Positions 55,705 to 64,000 of a DNA stretch of 64,000 nucleotides are shown here, piece after piece. How positions within the stretch are numbered: the first letter of the stretch is position 1; each line of letters begins with the position of its first letter. This stretch comes from an uncultured Pseudomonadales bacterium (lineage in GTDB: Bacteria > Patescibacteriota > Microgenomatia > UBA1400 > PJMF01), in the NCBI GenBank assembly GCA_964650185.1, contig CAZYRN010000006.1, positions 168-64,167 of the forward strand, given 5' to 3'. The notes under the pieces were generated by a model. The model saw only the letters and a list, made by a program, of their open reading frames with translations. It did not search any database and was not told where the DNA came from. The position numbers and the translations under genes are program-made.

Positions 55705-56493
55705 TTAGCTGATAAGTTCTTGATCTGTTAAATAATCAATTACACCGGCAGCAATTGCTTGAGCCGACACTTCTGGATTTTCCGCAATTAAGCGCCGGTC
55801 ACTGGCATTAGTTAAAAAACCCGTTTCTACAATGGCAGCGGTAGTCATGGGGTGAATCGCATGGTCATATCGCCACCAGGAAAAAGCGTAGTAGCCACGC
55901 ATATTGCTGGTAATATTGTCATCTTGGCGCATCTTAGTGGTTGAACGGTAAGAATTTTCTAAAGATTTCACCAAATCATGAGAATTTCCAGTGAGATCTC
56001 TCCATGGTCCAGCTATTTTAAATCCCGACACAGCTTTGTTCGTGCTGCCGTCAGCATGAATAGCGATAAAAGCATCTGCCCAGTATTGGGGCGGAACAGT
56101 GGCAGGTAAGACATCTACAATAATGCCTTCTGACCGCAAAATGTCTGCGGTTTTTTCGGCAATGACTTGATTAATTTGAGCTTCGGTATAACCGCCGCCA
56201 GTAGCTCCAGTATTGCCACGCAGCACCTTTAGTTCCTCAGGTACTTCATCATTATTGAGGTGGCCAACCTGAAGTCCTACGCGAGGTGGTGTTTCTGGTC
56301 TTTTCCAGTCTTGATGAGCATTTTCGTAGTTGCCTAATGACGGTACTTCCAGCTCAGTCTCACCATAGGGAGGAGCACCATAAATCTCATTTTGCGGCTG
56401 ATCAGTAATCCAAGACAGCATTGAGGCCATTACCCCCAGCATCAATATCAAGGTTGGCAGCCAGTAGTTTTTGAGGTTCTTTTTCATAAACAA
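55705..56493 (-). CDS. N-acetylmuramoyl-L-alanine amidase (Amidase_3-like)
   Basis: N-terminal TM, then GLQVGH...AFIAIHADG...AGPWR with His/Glu metal-ligand spacing as in CwlD/AmiC-type amidases. Confidence 0.55.
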   Translation of the reverse strand: MFMKKNLKNYWLPTLILMLGVMASMLSWITDQPQNEIYGAPPYGETELEVPSLGNYENAHQDWKRPETPPRVGLQVGHLNNDEVPEELKVLRGNTGATGGGYTEAQINQVIAEKTADILRSEGIIVDVLPATVPPQYWADAFIAIHADGSTNKAVSGFKIAGPWRDLTGNSHDLVKSLENSYRSTTKMRQDDNITSNMRGYYAFSWWRYDHAIHPMTTAAIVETGFLTNASDRRLIAENPEVSAQAIAAGVIDYLTDQELIS

Positions 56494-56624
56494 GCCGCCA
56501 TTTTATACTATCGTCTGTAGTAGCAAAACCACCAAAAGTATTAAGTGAGTAATACTTGAAGTACTCGATTTATCAGCGCTATACTAGAGATGCTGATCTG
56601 GCAATTTCAAGAAAGGAGCCAGCC

Positions 56625-57815
56625 ATGAAATCTTTCTCAAAGTTATTTTTTCCCCTCTTAGTACTGTTGCTGTTGATAGTTGGGGGAGGCTTGATCTGGG
56701 CAAGATCGGGTGGAAAATTGAATCTGCCTTTTATCAAAACCAAACCAATAAACGGAATGCTGATGTTAATTGAGTTTGAAGATATCGAAGGCATTCTACA
56801 TTGGGAAAAAGAACTTGACCAAAGAGGCTTAACTGCCATGGTTAAAGTGCAAAATAATGTTTTGGAAGAACATCCCGATGTGTTTGCTCGGTTAGCGGCA
56901 AAAAACTATGAGATTGCTGGCGGCTATGATGAAGCAGCTTTTTGGGACATGCCATATGAAGAACAGTATCGCTATTTGCAGGAATCTCAAGAGCTGGTTG
57001 AGTCAGTCACCAAAAAACCAATGCGAGTTTTTGGCAGCCGTTATTTTGCTTATGATGAAAATACACTGAAAGCTGCCGATGAGCTTGGGATTGAATATCT
57101 GCTGGCTCGCGGTACTCATGATGTAGCAGCGGTGATTTATGCTCCAAATGAATATCAAACTAAAATAATCTCAGTCACGAATGTGGAGAATGGTGAGATG
57201 GGACGAGGTTCACTGTGCGATTATAGTTTGTGGGCAAGAGGTGCTGATGCAGCTGAATTTGCGCAAATTTTAGAAGAGAGTTTGGCTAAAGAGCCGGAGA
57301 ATATGATCTTAGTTTCTCATGCTTATCTGGGTGGAACTAGACAAGAGTGGTGGCTGGAGTACCAAAAGATGTTAGCGACTGATCAAGTCAGCTGGGTTGG
57401 TTTTGATGAGTGGGTTGCCAGGCAAGAAATTTTGCAAATGGCCAACGCCGAGATTCCAGTAAATCGAGAAGTCAAGTATGTGGAGCCAAAACCGGCTAAA
57501 GCCATGGCAGATTATGCTCCAGTTTCTGATTTAAATCAGGATCAGTTAGTTATGTTTCACAATGGTTTGGGAGAAATGTGTTTGGAGGCAATTGATTTTT
57601 TTAAAGAACATCAACTGAATTATCAGGAGTATCTAAATACGGAAGCTGAGTTTACCAGCACTTTAGCTAAATATCGACAAGAGTATCCGCAGTCAACTGG
57701 TGTCTCTGAATCCTATGGTTATCTGCCGATTATTTTCTACCAAGGCAAAGCCTATTCTGGATTCAATGATGAGATTGGCCAGAGTATCTTGGTAGATTGG
57801 CAAGCAGTTCATTAA
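56625..57815 (+). CDS. Hypothetical membrane-anchored protein with glutaredoxin-like C-terminal segment
   Basis: GAAAGGAG RBS. N-terminal TM. C-terminal YLPIIFYQGKAYSGFNDE resembles the glutaredoxin VPxIFIxGxxIGGxDD region. Weak. Confidence 0.45.
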   Translation: MKSFSKLFFPLLVLLLLIVGGGLIWARSGGKLNLPFIKTKPINGMLMLIEFEDIEGILHWEKELDQRGLTAMVKVQNNVLEEHPDVFARLAAKNYEIAGGYDEAAFWDMPYEEQYRYLQESQELVESVTKKPMRVFGSRYFAYDENTLKAADELGIEYLLARGTHDVAAVIYAPNEYQTKIISVTNVENGEMGRGSLCDYSLWARGADAAEFAQILEESLAKEPENMILVSHAYLGGTRQEWWLEYQKMLATDQVSWVGFDEWVARQEILQMANAEIPVNREVKYVEPKPAKAMADYAPVSDLNQDQLVMFHNGLGEMCLEAIDFFKEHQLNYQEYLNTEAEFTSTLAKYRQEYPQSTGVSESYGYLPIIFYQGKAYSGFNDEIGQSILVDWQAVH

Positions 57816-57820
57816 GCAAG

Positions 57821-58369
57821 CTAGTGTTTAGTTACTGGCTGTTGAAACCGATATACTTCATTAATTTCCCAAGGCTGAAAGCGGTGGTGAGTAAAAAGTG
57901 TGAGGTTGTCTATCACAAATTTCACTTCTAGTTTAAGTGACCTGATTTGCTGTTTTACTTGTGGCAACTGATCATGAGTGATTCGATTGGCGATGGTTAG
58001 ATGAGGAGTAAAATTCTCTTGATCGGGCAAAAACCGAATTGTTTGAGACAGACTTTGTTCTAGCCGGCGAAATGGCTGGCCTTTTTCCGGTAATAACACC
58101 ACCGTGGCATCTTTTTTATGAGAAAATGAGCCGACTTTCTTCAGGATGGCAGTAAAAGGCACTTGTTGACGCGACCATTTTTCCAGTTGCTCAGTCAGTG
58201 GCTTAGCAAAATGATAAGTAAAGGGTCTTTTGAGTGTGATATGAGGTGGGCTGGACAGATTCACCCGGTTTTCGAGCCGCTGACGAAGCTGAGCTAGTTC
58301 CGTTGCCTCTGGCTTAGGTAACGTTATTCCTAAAAAATACTCTAAATCAGGATCGAGTTGATAAGCCAT
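57821..58369 (-). CDS. 2H phosphoesterase (LigT/2'-5' RNA ligase-like)
   Basis: Two H-x-T-x motifs: PPHITLKRPF and TPHLTIANRI. Confidence 0.7.
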   Translation of the reverse strand: MAYQLDPDLEYFLGITLPKPEATELAQLRQRLENRVNLSSPPHITLKRPFTYHFAKPLTEQLEKWSRQQVPFTAILKKVGSFSHKKDATVVLLPEKGQPFRRLEQSLSQTIRFLPDQENFTPHLTIANRITHDQLPQVKQQIRSLKLEVKFVIDNLTLFTHHRFQPWEINEVYRFQQPVTKH

Positions 58370-58517
58370 GATTTAATTTATTGTAACAAAAAGCCCTTAG
58401 CTGATGATTAATACTTTGGTAAGAATTGGCAGCATTTTTCTCACATTGCCCGTGAGGTTAATTCAGCTGGTTCAGGACTATATCGCCAAGTGTCAGCAAA
58501 TTATTAAGATTTATTTA

Positions 58518-58994
58518 TCAGAATTGATGGTCTTCTAGCGCTAACAAAGCCTTTTTATAAGTGGGACCGGGCGCATAACCCCCCAAGCTGCCATTGCTGG
58601 CAATCACTCGGTGGCAGGGAACTATAATCTCAATCGGATTTCGACCAATGGCTGTACCGACAGCGCGGACTGCTTTTGGCCGCCCAACTTGATGTGCAAT
58701 TTCTTGATAGTTAGAAAGCTGGCCAAAAGGTATTTTGAGCAATTCTTGCCAGACGGCTTGCTGAAAATTAGAGCCCTTGAATCTTATGGGTAGCTTAAAC
58801 TTATTTAATTTACCGGCAAAATAACTCATCAGTTGCTGCTTAGTTTTATTGAGAATGGGGTGATTTGGAGCCTCGCTCCAACCATAGTCAATGGCATCGG
58901 CAGGAGGATTAATAAATTTTAGGGCAAGTAAGGCATCATCATCAGCAGCTGCTAGAATTAAACCTGCCGACGACTGGATCAATTGATAGTACAT
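58518..58994 (-). CDS. ogt: Methylated-DNA-protein-cysteine methyltransferase
   Basis: IIVPCHRVI active-site PCHR motif and the DNA-binding helix region of the O6-alkylguanine transferase fold. Confidence 0.8.
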   Translation of the reverse strand: MYYQLIQSSAGLILAAADDDALLALKFINPPADAIDYGWSEAPNHPILNKTKQQLMSYFAGKLNKFKLPIRFKGSNFQQAVWQELLKIPFGQLSNYQEIAHQVGRPKAVRAVGTAIGRNPIEIIVPCHRVIASNGSLGGYAPGPTYKKALLALEDHQF

Positions 58995-59125
58995 AGCATC
59001 ATTCTACTAAAGACGGTTCAGAGCTTAAGTAAGAGAACTGCAATAGTTTTAATTATTCTTCAAATACTACAGCAAATAGTTGTATACTATTTTTTATCGC
59101 AGTTATTTCTTATTGAAGTGAAAGT

Positions 59126-59626
59126 TTGATGAAAAAGTCATTGGTGGTTTATGACTCAAAATATGGGAACACTGAGTTGGTGGCTAAAACGATTGCAGCA
59201 GAACTAAGTGTTAATTTTGAGAATCAGTTGTTATATGTGGAAGCTGTCTCAGATCAGGATCTCATGGAGGCTGAGTTGTTAATAATTGGTTCACCCACTC
59301 ATGGTGGGCGACCAACCGCTATGATTCAAAAACTAGTAGATCGAATTATTGATATCAGCACAGATCAACAGAAGTGTGCCTGTTTTGATACTAGATATGC
59401 TGAGGAAAATGTTGATTGGAATTTAAGGATGCTGATGAACGTGATTGGTTTTGCTGCTCCAAAAATGGCTGAAAAATTGGAAGAGTCAGGCAGGCAGGAG
59501 GTCTTAGCATATGAGGGGTTTATTGTAACTGAAAGAGATGGGCCACTTCAGTCAGGTGAACTGGATCGGGTGAGAGCTTGGGCCCAGCAGGTGATGGCTA
59601 GAGCAGAAAACTTCAGTCAGGAATAA
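59126..59626 (+). CDS. Flavodoxin-like protein
   Basis: KSLVVYDSKYGNTELVAKTIA matches the flavodoxin FMN-binding T/SxTGNT-like loop. LIIGSPTHGG. Confidence 0.55.
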   Translation: MMKKSLVVYDSKYGNTELVAKTIAAELSVNFENQLLYVEAVSDQDLMEAELLIIGSPTHGGRPTAMIQKLVDRIIDISTDQQKCACFDTRYAEENVDWNLRMLMNVIGFAAPKMAEKLEESGRQEVLAYEGFIVTERDGPLQSGELDRVRAWAQQVMARAENFSQE

Positions 59627-59648
59627 TCGTCAAGTTAGGAATGATTGT

Positions 59649-60311
59649 CTAGTCGGGAACAACCGTCGCTAGTTCAGTAATTTTATCCAAGTCGTAAATA
59701 TATGTCAGTTGTTTATCACGGGAAATCAAGCCTTCTCGTTCCATCTTTTTCATCTCAATACTGGTTGTTTCCCTAGTAACACCAATTAAGCATGATAAAT
59801 CATAGTGAGTCAGCGGCAGTTCTACTCTAATAAAACCATTTTCTTTTTTACCAAATCTTTTGGCTAGGATCAGTAAAATCGTCGCCAATTTTTCTCGTGA
59901 GTTATTAAAAGTTAAGGATTCTATTCTAGCTAAATAGCCATTGATGCCAACGCCAATTTGTTGGAGCAAATTAAGCGTAATCATCGGCTTAGTCTGTAAG
60001 TAAGTTAGCGTGTGGCTAAAGGGAGCGACATATACTTCAGTTTCAATTAAGGCTTGATAATAATGGCGGTTGGTGTGTTCTTGCAGCATTTGGATTAAGA
60101 ACAGCATTGAGCCAGGTTTAAAAATATTCAGGGTGAACTCATCACCCTTTTTGGTGACGGAGTACTGCCGGACTGCGCCCGCTTTAATAAAGTAAACTTG
60201 ACTCATTTCTTGTCCGGGCCATAATATCAGCTCCTTCTTTTTGAAAGTCAGCTTTTTGTATCGGGAAAAGTATTCTTTGAGCTCCGCTTTAATAGACTGA
60301 TGTGCATCCAT
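59649..60311 (-). CDS. Crp/Fnr-family transcriptional regulator
   Basis: cNMP-binding beta-roll followed by HTH LTHYDLSCLIGVTRETTSIEMKKMEREGLI. Confidence 0.75.
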   Translation of the reverse strand: MDAHQSIKAELKEYFSRYKKLTFKKKELILWPGQEMSQVYFIKAGAVRQYSVTKKGDEFTLNIFKPGSMLFLIQMLQEHTNRHYYQALIETEVYVAPFSHTLTYLQTKPMITLNLLQQIGVGINGYLARIESLTFNNSREKLATILLILAKRFGKKENGFIRVELPLTHYDLSCLIGVTRETTSIEMKKMEREGLISRDKQLTYIYDLDKITELATVVPD

Positions 60312-60460
60312 ATCAATCTATTGTAACATTAAAAAGTCAAGATCTATCAGCTTATTGTTAGCAATCTTACATAGTAAATGTCAGTGGAATTACAGATCGG
60401 ACGATATGGGGTTGCTATTGTGAAAGTAGTAATAGTTTACCTTCTGAAAGGAGGGCTAAC

Positions 60461-60781
60461 ATGATAGGAAAAACAGTAGCAGCCACTGTCGCTGCAGCAG
60501 TGTTAATGGTAGGAGGAGCCAGTATCGCTTCTGCCGTTGGTGGTAATTATTATGGTAATTTCTTTGATCGAGGTGATGAAAGCAGTGCTCGCATAGAAAT
60601 CCGCAATGAAGACACCAATGTGGGCGTAGATGCCAAAGCTTATGCCAATAGTGGTGAGAATGAGCAAGAAATTGAAGTCTCACTGGCAGATAGCCGAAGC
60701 AGATTTTCTCGTCACAGCTTCTGGGGTTATCAAGGCGGTCAAGCTGGCGATCCTTATCAAGGGATGATGACTAGGGGATGA
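60461..60781 (+). CDS. Hypothetical secreted protein
   Basis: Signal peptide VAATVAAAVLMVGGASIASA. GGAGG RBS. ATGA overlap with the next gene. Confidence 0.4.
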   Translation: MIGKTVAATVAAAVLMVGGASIASAVGGNYYGNFFDRGDESSARIEIRNEDTNVGVDAKAYANSGENEQEIEVSLADSRSRFSRHSFWGYQGGQAGDPYQGMMTRG

Positions 60782-61470
60782 TCAGCTTTTTAAGCAGAGC
60801 AACAGTGGAGAGCCGCGATATTGAAATAATGGCTAATAACTCAGCTTTTAGTGAAAGTAAGCTCTATTATCGGCCAAGTGGCAAAACTGGTGATGAAAAA
60901 TTAGTTCGCGATCATGAAGATGAGGATGAGTCAGCTGGTCAGCCTCACTTACAGGTGACAGCTGCTCATAACGTCAATCAGTTTGTAAATGCTGGTGATG
61001 AGGTTATCTTTGAACTAACACTGAACAACTCTGGCGATCACAGCTATGAGACCAGGATGATGGCTTTATTGATCGACGGCGAAGGCAACGTGATCGGCGG
61101 CGGCGAGATTCCTCTAGGAAAAGTCACTGCAGGTGAAAAGATTGGTCTTTCTTTCCAGATGCAAATTCCCCCAGACGCTGGTTCTGGAACTTACTCCCTA
61201 TTAGCTTGGGCAGAAGGATTCAACAACCTTGATGACTATGTAGAATCTAATGAGGCCATTACTTCTTTCCAAGTTAATGGTCAATGGGTGAGTGCCACAC
61301 TTTCTTCAGCTGATGAAAGTCCTCTCTCAGTTGGGGAAGTCTTGGGTGCTGGTCCAGATTTAGCTGCGACCGCCCCCATGGTTAGCTCACCGTTTCACTT
61401 CCTGCAACTATTGGTGCTGTTAATCATTGAAGCGATCATTAGAAGAGTGAGAATGGTCAGTCTAATCTAA
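60778..61470 (+). CDS. Hypothetical protein with C-terminal membrane anchor
   Basis: 230 aa. C-terminal hydrophobic LVLLIIEAIIRR. Coupled to the upstream gene. Confidence 0.4.
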   Translation: MISFLSRATVESRDIEIMANNSAFSESKLYYRPSGKTGDEKLVRDHEDEDESAGQPHLQVTAAHNVNQFVNAGDEVIFELTLNNSGDHSYETRMMALLIDGEGNVIGGGEIPLGKVTAGEKIGLSFQMQIPPDAGSGTYSLLAWAEGFNNLDDYVESNEAITSFQVNGQWVSATLSSADESPLSVGEVLGAGPDLAATAPMVSSPFHFLQLLVLLIIEAIIRRVRMVSLI

Positions 61471-61482
61471 GTCAGTTTATGA

Positions 61483-63084
61483 CTACCATCCTTCATCAAG
61501 GTAAGAGAGCGGCAAACGATACTCGTAAAGTTCTAAACCCGGTGAGAAATCTTTTTGCTCAACTAATTCGAAGTTATTTCTCATGTAGGTTTTAATCTCC
61601 TCTTCATAACCTTGATCGTAAGATAAAACCAACACAATTGATTCATAGATTTGACTGTAGGTTTCTAGTTGCTGTTGCAGTTCAGCTTCTGAATACGGAG
61701 GTATGCCAGTTGGAGTATAGCGATTCCAATAGGGAATAGTTTCGATTTTTGCGTGTCCTTGATAGTAGTACTCAATGGGATAGATAGTAAAGGGAGCACT
61801 CACAGTGATGACTGATTCGTTAGAAATATGCGAGGATAAATACTCTGATACAGCTCTATAATCTTCTTTTTCTGCTATATTTTTGTATACAGATTGCTGG
61901 TACTGAAAAATGACCGTTCCCACCAAAATTAAACCAATCGTAGCTGTAAACAAGGGTTTACTAAACTGGTCAATTAGTAATGCTAATAAGTAAAATAATG
62001 ATGGAGTAATGAAAATTAAATATCGTGATACTAGCAGTGGCCGGTAAAGATAGGAAAGAATCATCGTTAAAATAATTGGTCCAAAAGTGAGTAGCAGGTA
62101 GTAACTGGTATGAGTGATCCGTTGTTTTTTTCTTTTGCTGAAAGAGAAAAAGAGAAAGATCACTACTAAAGGCCAAATCGATATCAAAACTGCTTCGGTA
62201 CTGGTAGTCTGAAAACCGCTAAAAAAATGGACAAAGATCTGGAGAAAATTGTAAGTGGTGGGAGGAGTCAGTAATGGTTTGGTATTAGCTGAACTGCCTT
62301 GAGACATAACATAGAGTGCCCAAGGCAAAAACGACAAAGCGACTACCGCTAGCATTTTGCTAAATTTAATCATTGCCGGCCAGGTAGATTTAAATGCAGC
62401 CCAATCCAGTTTCCAGCCCACTCTTTCTTTAGCAAACTGGTCTGTTTGAGACTCATCCTCGTATTGGCTGAGTCGATAAAAGAAGAGATAAATCAGTTGA
62501 AACAAAATCACCAAACCAAAAAAATAATGCGTGTAAATACCGATGACTGCGGTAGCAATGTACCAAAAGATGTATTGAGAAAAATCGCTATTGATCAACT
62601 TAATAAATAAATAATGAGCAACAATAGTAATTGGGGTGAACAGACTGTACATTCTAGCTTCTGTCCCATACCAGGTTAAAAATGGAGAAAGAAAATACAG
62701 CAAGGTTGTAATAAAAGCTATTTTTTTAGTGGCCGTTGTTTGAGCCATTTTGTAAACAGCCGGTATGGAAAAAATAAAAAATATAGTGGACAGCAATCGA
62801 ACGTAAATTACATTGTTGCCAAAGATCTGAATCACCAAATGAGATAAGACGGCATATAGTGGGACGTGAACGTCGCGGGCAATGTAACTTAAAATACCGG
62901 GAATAGTTTTAGTGCTTGCCCATAACTGTTGTGATTCGTCTAAGCGTAGCGAGGTATTTAAATTTAGCACAATCGCTGTTAGCTCCATCACCACTGCCGC
63001 GATGACTAAGATAAATAAGATCCAGGTGCTGAGGTTAGGTTTTGAAAATAACTCGCTTCGTTGTATACCACTGCTTTTTAACAT
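61483..63084 (-). CDS. GT-C-fold membrane glycosyltransferase (ArnT/PMT family 39-like)
   Basis: 533 aa with more than 10 TM. Early loop with DE-containing motif (LRLDESQQLW), typical of ArnT/PMT-like lipid-linked sugar transferases. Confidence 0.5.
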   Translation of the reverse strand: MLKSSGIQRSELFSKPNLSTWILFILVIAAVVMELTAIVLNLNTSLRLDESQQLWASTKTIPGILSYIARDVHVPLYAVLSHLVIQIFGNNVIYVRLLSTIFFIFSIPAVYKMAQTTATKKIAFITTLLYFLSPFLTWYGTEARMYSLFTPITIVAHYLFIKLINSDFSQYIFWYIATAVIGIYTHYFFGLVILFQLIYLFFYRLSQYEDESQTDQFAKERVGWKLDWAAFKSTWPAMIKFSKMLAVVALSFLPWALYVMSQGSSANTKPLLTPPTTYNFLQIFVHFFSGFQTTSTEAVLISIWPLVVIFLFFSFSKRKKQRITHTSYYLLLTFGPIILTMILSYLYRPLLVSRYLIFITPSLFYLLALLIDQFSKPLFTATIGLILVGTVIFQYQQSVYKNIAEKEDYRAVSEYLSSHISNESVITVSAPFTIYPIEYYYQGHAKIETIPYWNRYTPTGIPPYSEAELQQQLETYSQIYESIVLVLSYDQGYEEEIKTYMRNNFELVEQKDFSPGLELYEYRLPLSYLDEGW

Positions 63085-63113
63085 AACTGCAATTCTGTTT
63101 TAATCGGTTAATT

Positions 63114-64000
63114 TCAATCATAATAAACCGGCTTTGTGGCCGGCGGCGTTGACTTAGACTGAGACCAGCCCCACCATCTGTTTTTGAGCTTTTCCCAAGG
63201 AATAGCTGCATAAATAAATGGCATAAAAAGGATGGAGTTAAAAGCTGCCCAGGATAAATTAGTAACCACGGAAGGACTAATGCCTTCTCTGGACAGAGCC
63301 ACTAAGCCAGCTAAGATTACCAAACCAATGTAGATGAGGTGAGGATAGGCAAGTGATAAATAGTTGCCGCTCTGAGCTTGTTTAGCAGTAACCTTAAAGC
63401 CCATCTTCTTTTTCAGCAGGGTGCTGATCACCGCTGTCACTTGCAGCACCCAACTAGAGTGGGTAAATGAGATGGCGCGTAGGGTGAGTGACTTATCAGA
63501 AACTAAGTGCAATGTATACAAAATCAAGCTGATAAAAGGCAGGAAAAAAATGGCAAAAATGGTAGTCGTAGCGGAAATTGGACTCCAGCCAAAGAATAAA
63601 AAGAGCAATGGGATAAGAGCATCAATCAGGATGATCACTCCATTAGCATAAAATAATGATGATGATAAATACTCAAGCCGTTGAGCCCAGCTCAAGCCTT
63701 TAGTAAAAAGAGGATTGTGATGAAATAATATTTCCAGCGAGCCCCGCGCCCAGCGAAATTGCTGATTATGATAAGAAAGCAGATCTTCAGGGGCTAGACC
63801 ATAAGCCAGCACTTCCGGCACGTAGACAGATTTCCAACCCTGCTGATGAATGAAAAATGAGGTTAGAAAGTCTTCGGCAATGCTGTCTTCATTCATGCCG
63901 CCAGCTTGCAGTAAAGCTGTTCTTCTCATCACCACGTTCGTGCCGCAAATGAAAGCAGCATTAGAATAATTTTTCCCCCGCATAATTGGTCCAAAGAAAA
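63114..64000 (-). CDS. Processive family-2 glycosyltransferase (cellulose-synthase-like), C-terminal part only (N-terminus beyond the window end)
   Basis: QQFRWARGSLE is the QxxRW motif. C-terminal TM helices. The frame stays open to position 64000. Confidence 0.6.
   Translation of the reverse strand, partial: FFGPIMRGKNYSNAAFICGTNVVMRRTALLQAGGMNEDSIAEDFLTSFFIHQQGWKSVYVPEVLAYGLAPEDLLSYHNQQFRWARGSLEILFHHNPLFTKGLSWAQRLEYLSSSLFYANGVIILIDALIPLLFLFFGWSPISATTTIFAIFFLPFISLILYTLHLVSDKSLTLRAISFTHSSWVLQVTAVISTLLKKKMGFKVTAKQAQSGNYLSLAYPHLIYIGLVILAGLVALSREGISPSVVTNLSWAAFNSILFMPFIYAAIPWEKLKNRWWGWSQSKSTPPATKPVYYD

Noticed and set aside
1-64000. CRISPR array or cas genes
   Set aside because: I scanned for regularly spaced repeats. 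Only short local repeats turned up (for example 6277-6340 CAGCCTCAG-like low complexity and the 9204-9245 11-mers). Nothing has repeat-spacer periodicity, and no Cas-like ORFs are present.

Overview
This looks like a bacterial chromosome segment using the standard genetic code. TGA serves as a stop codon, and several neighbouring genes overlap by ATGA. The first ~28 kb is a housekeeping block of roughly 45-53% GC. It carries a CcdA/thioredoxin membrane oxidoreductase, CapA, upp plus an archaeal-type UMP-kinase-like gene, dnaG, and a CsoR-family regulator followed by trxA and trxB. It also carries glutamate dehydrogenase, rpoD, and a tRNA-Asn(GTT) abutted by a decayed serine-recombinase fragment. 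Small HTH/membrane-protein regulator pairs, a two-component system and a copper operon (ArsR-YHS regulator, copA, a membrane cupredoxin-like protein, copZ) complete that block.

From about 28.0 to 48.5 kb the sequence is visibly more AT-rich (roughly 35-37% GC in spot counts). I read this as a horizontally acquired defence/mobile island. It contains a small PLD/HKD nuclease, an XRE regulator, an intact large serine recombinase, and a tightly coupled two-gene module I cannot assign to any family. That module is a 793-aa protein with a zinc ribbon and a PD-(D/E)xK-like C-terminus, followed by an 8-TM protein. Next comes a six-gene translationally coupled type I R-M operon: hsdM, hsdS, an extra MTase-TRD-unknown fusion, hsdR, a TIR-domain protein and a 179-aa partner. 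The island ends with a GmrSD-like DUF262/DUF1524 enzyme carrying an Rx4H HEPN-like tail, a DUF2726 protein and a degenerate IS3-family element.

Downstream lie a CotH/VTC/DUF4956 triad, an ArsR/thioredoxin-like/ArsP-like cluster, an SRAP (YedK-like) gene, an amidase, a LigT-like 2H phosphoesterase, ogt, a flavodoxin, a Crp/Fnr regulator and two membrane glycosyltransferases, the last truncated by the window end. I found no CRISPR array and no rRNA.
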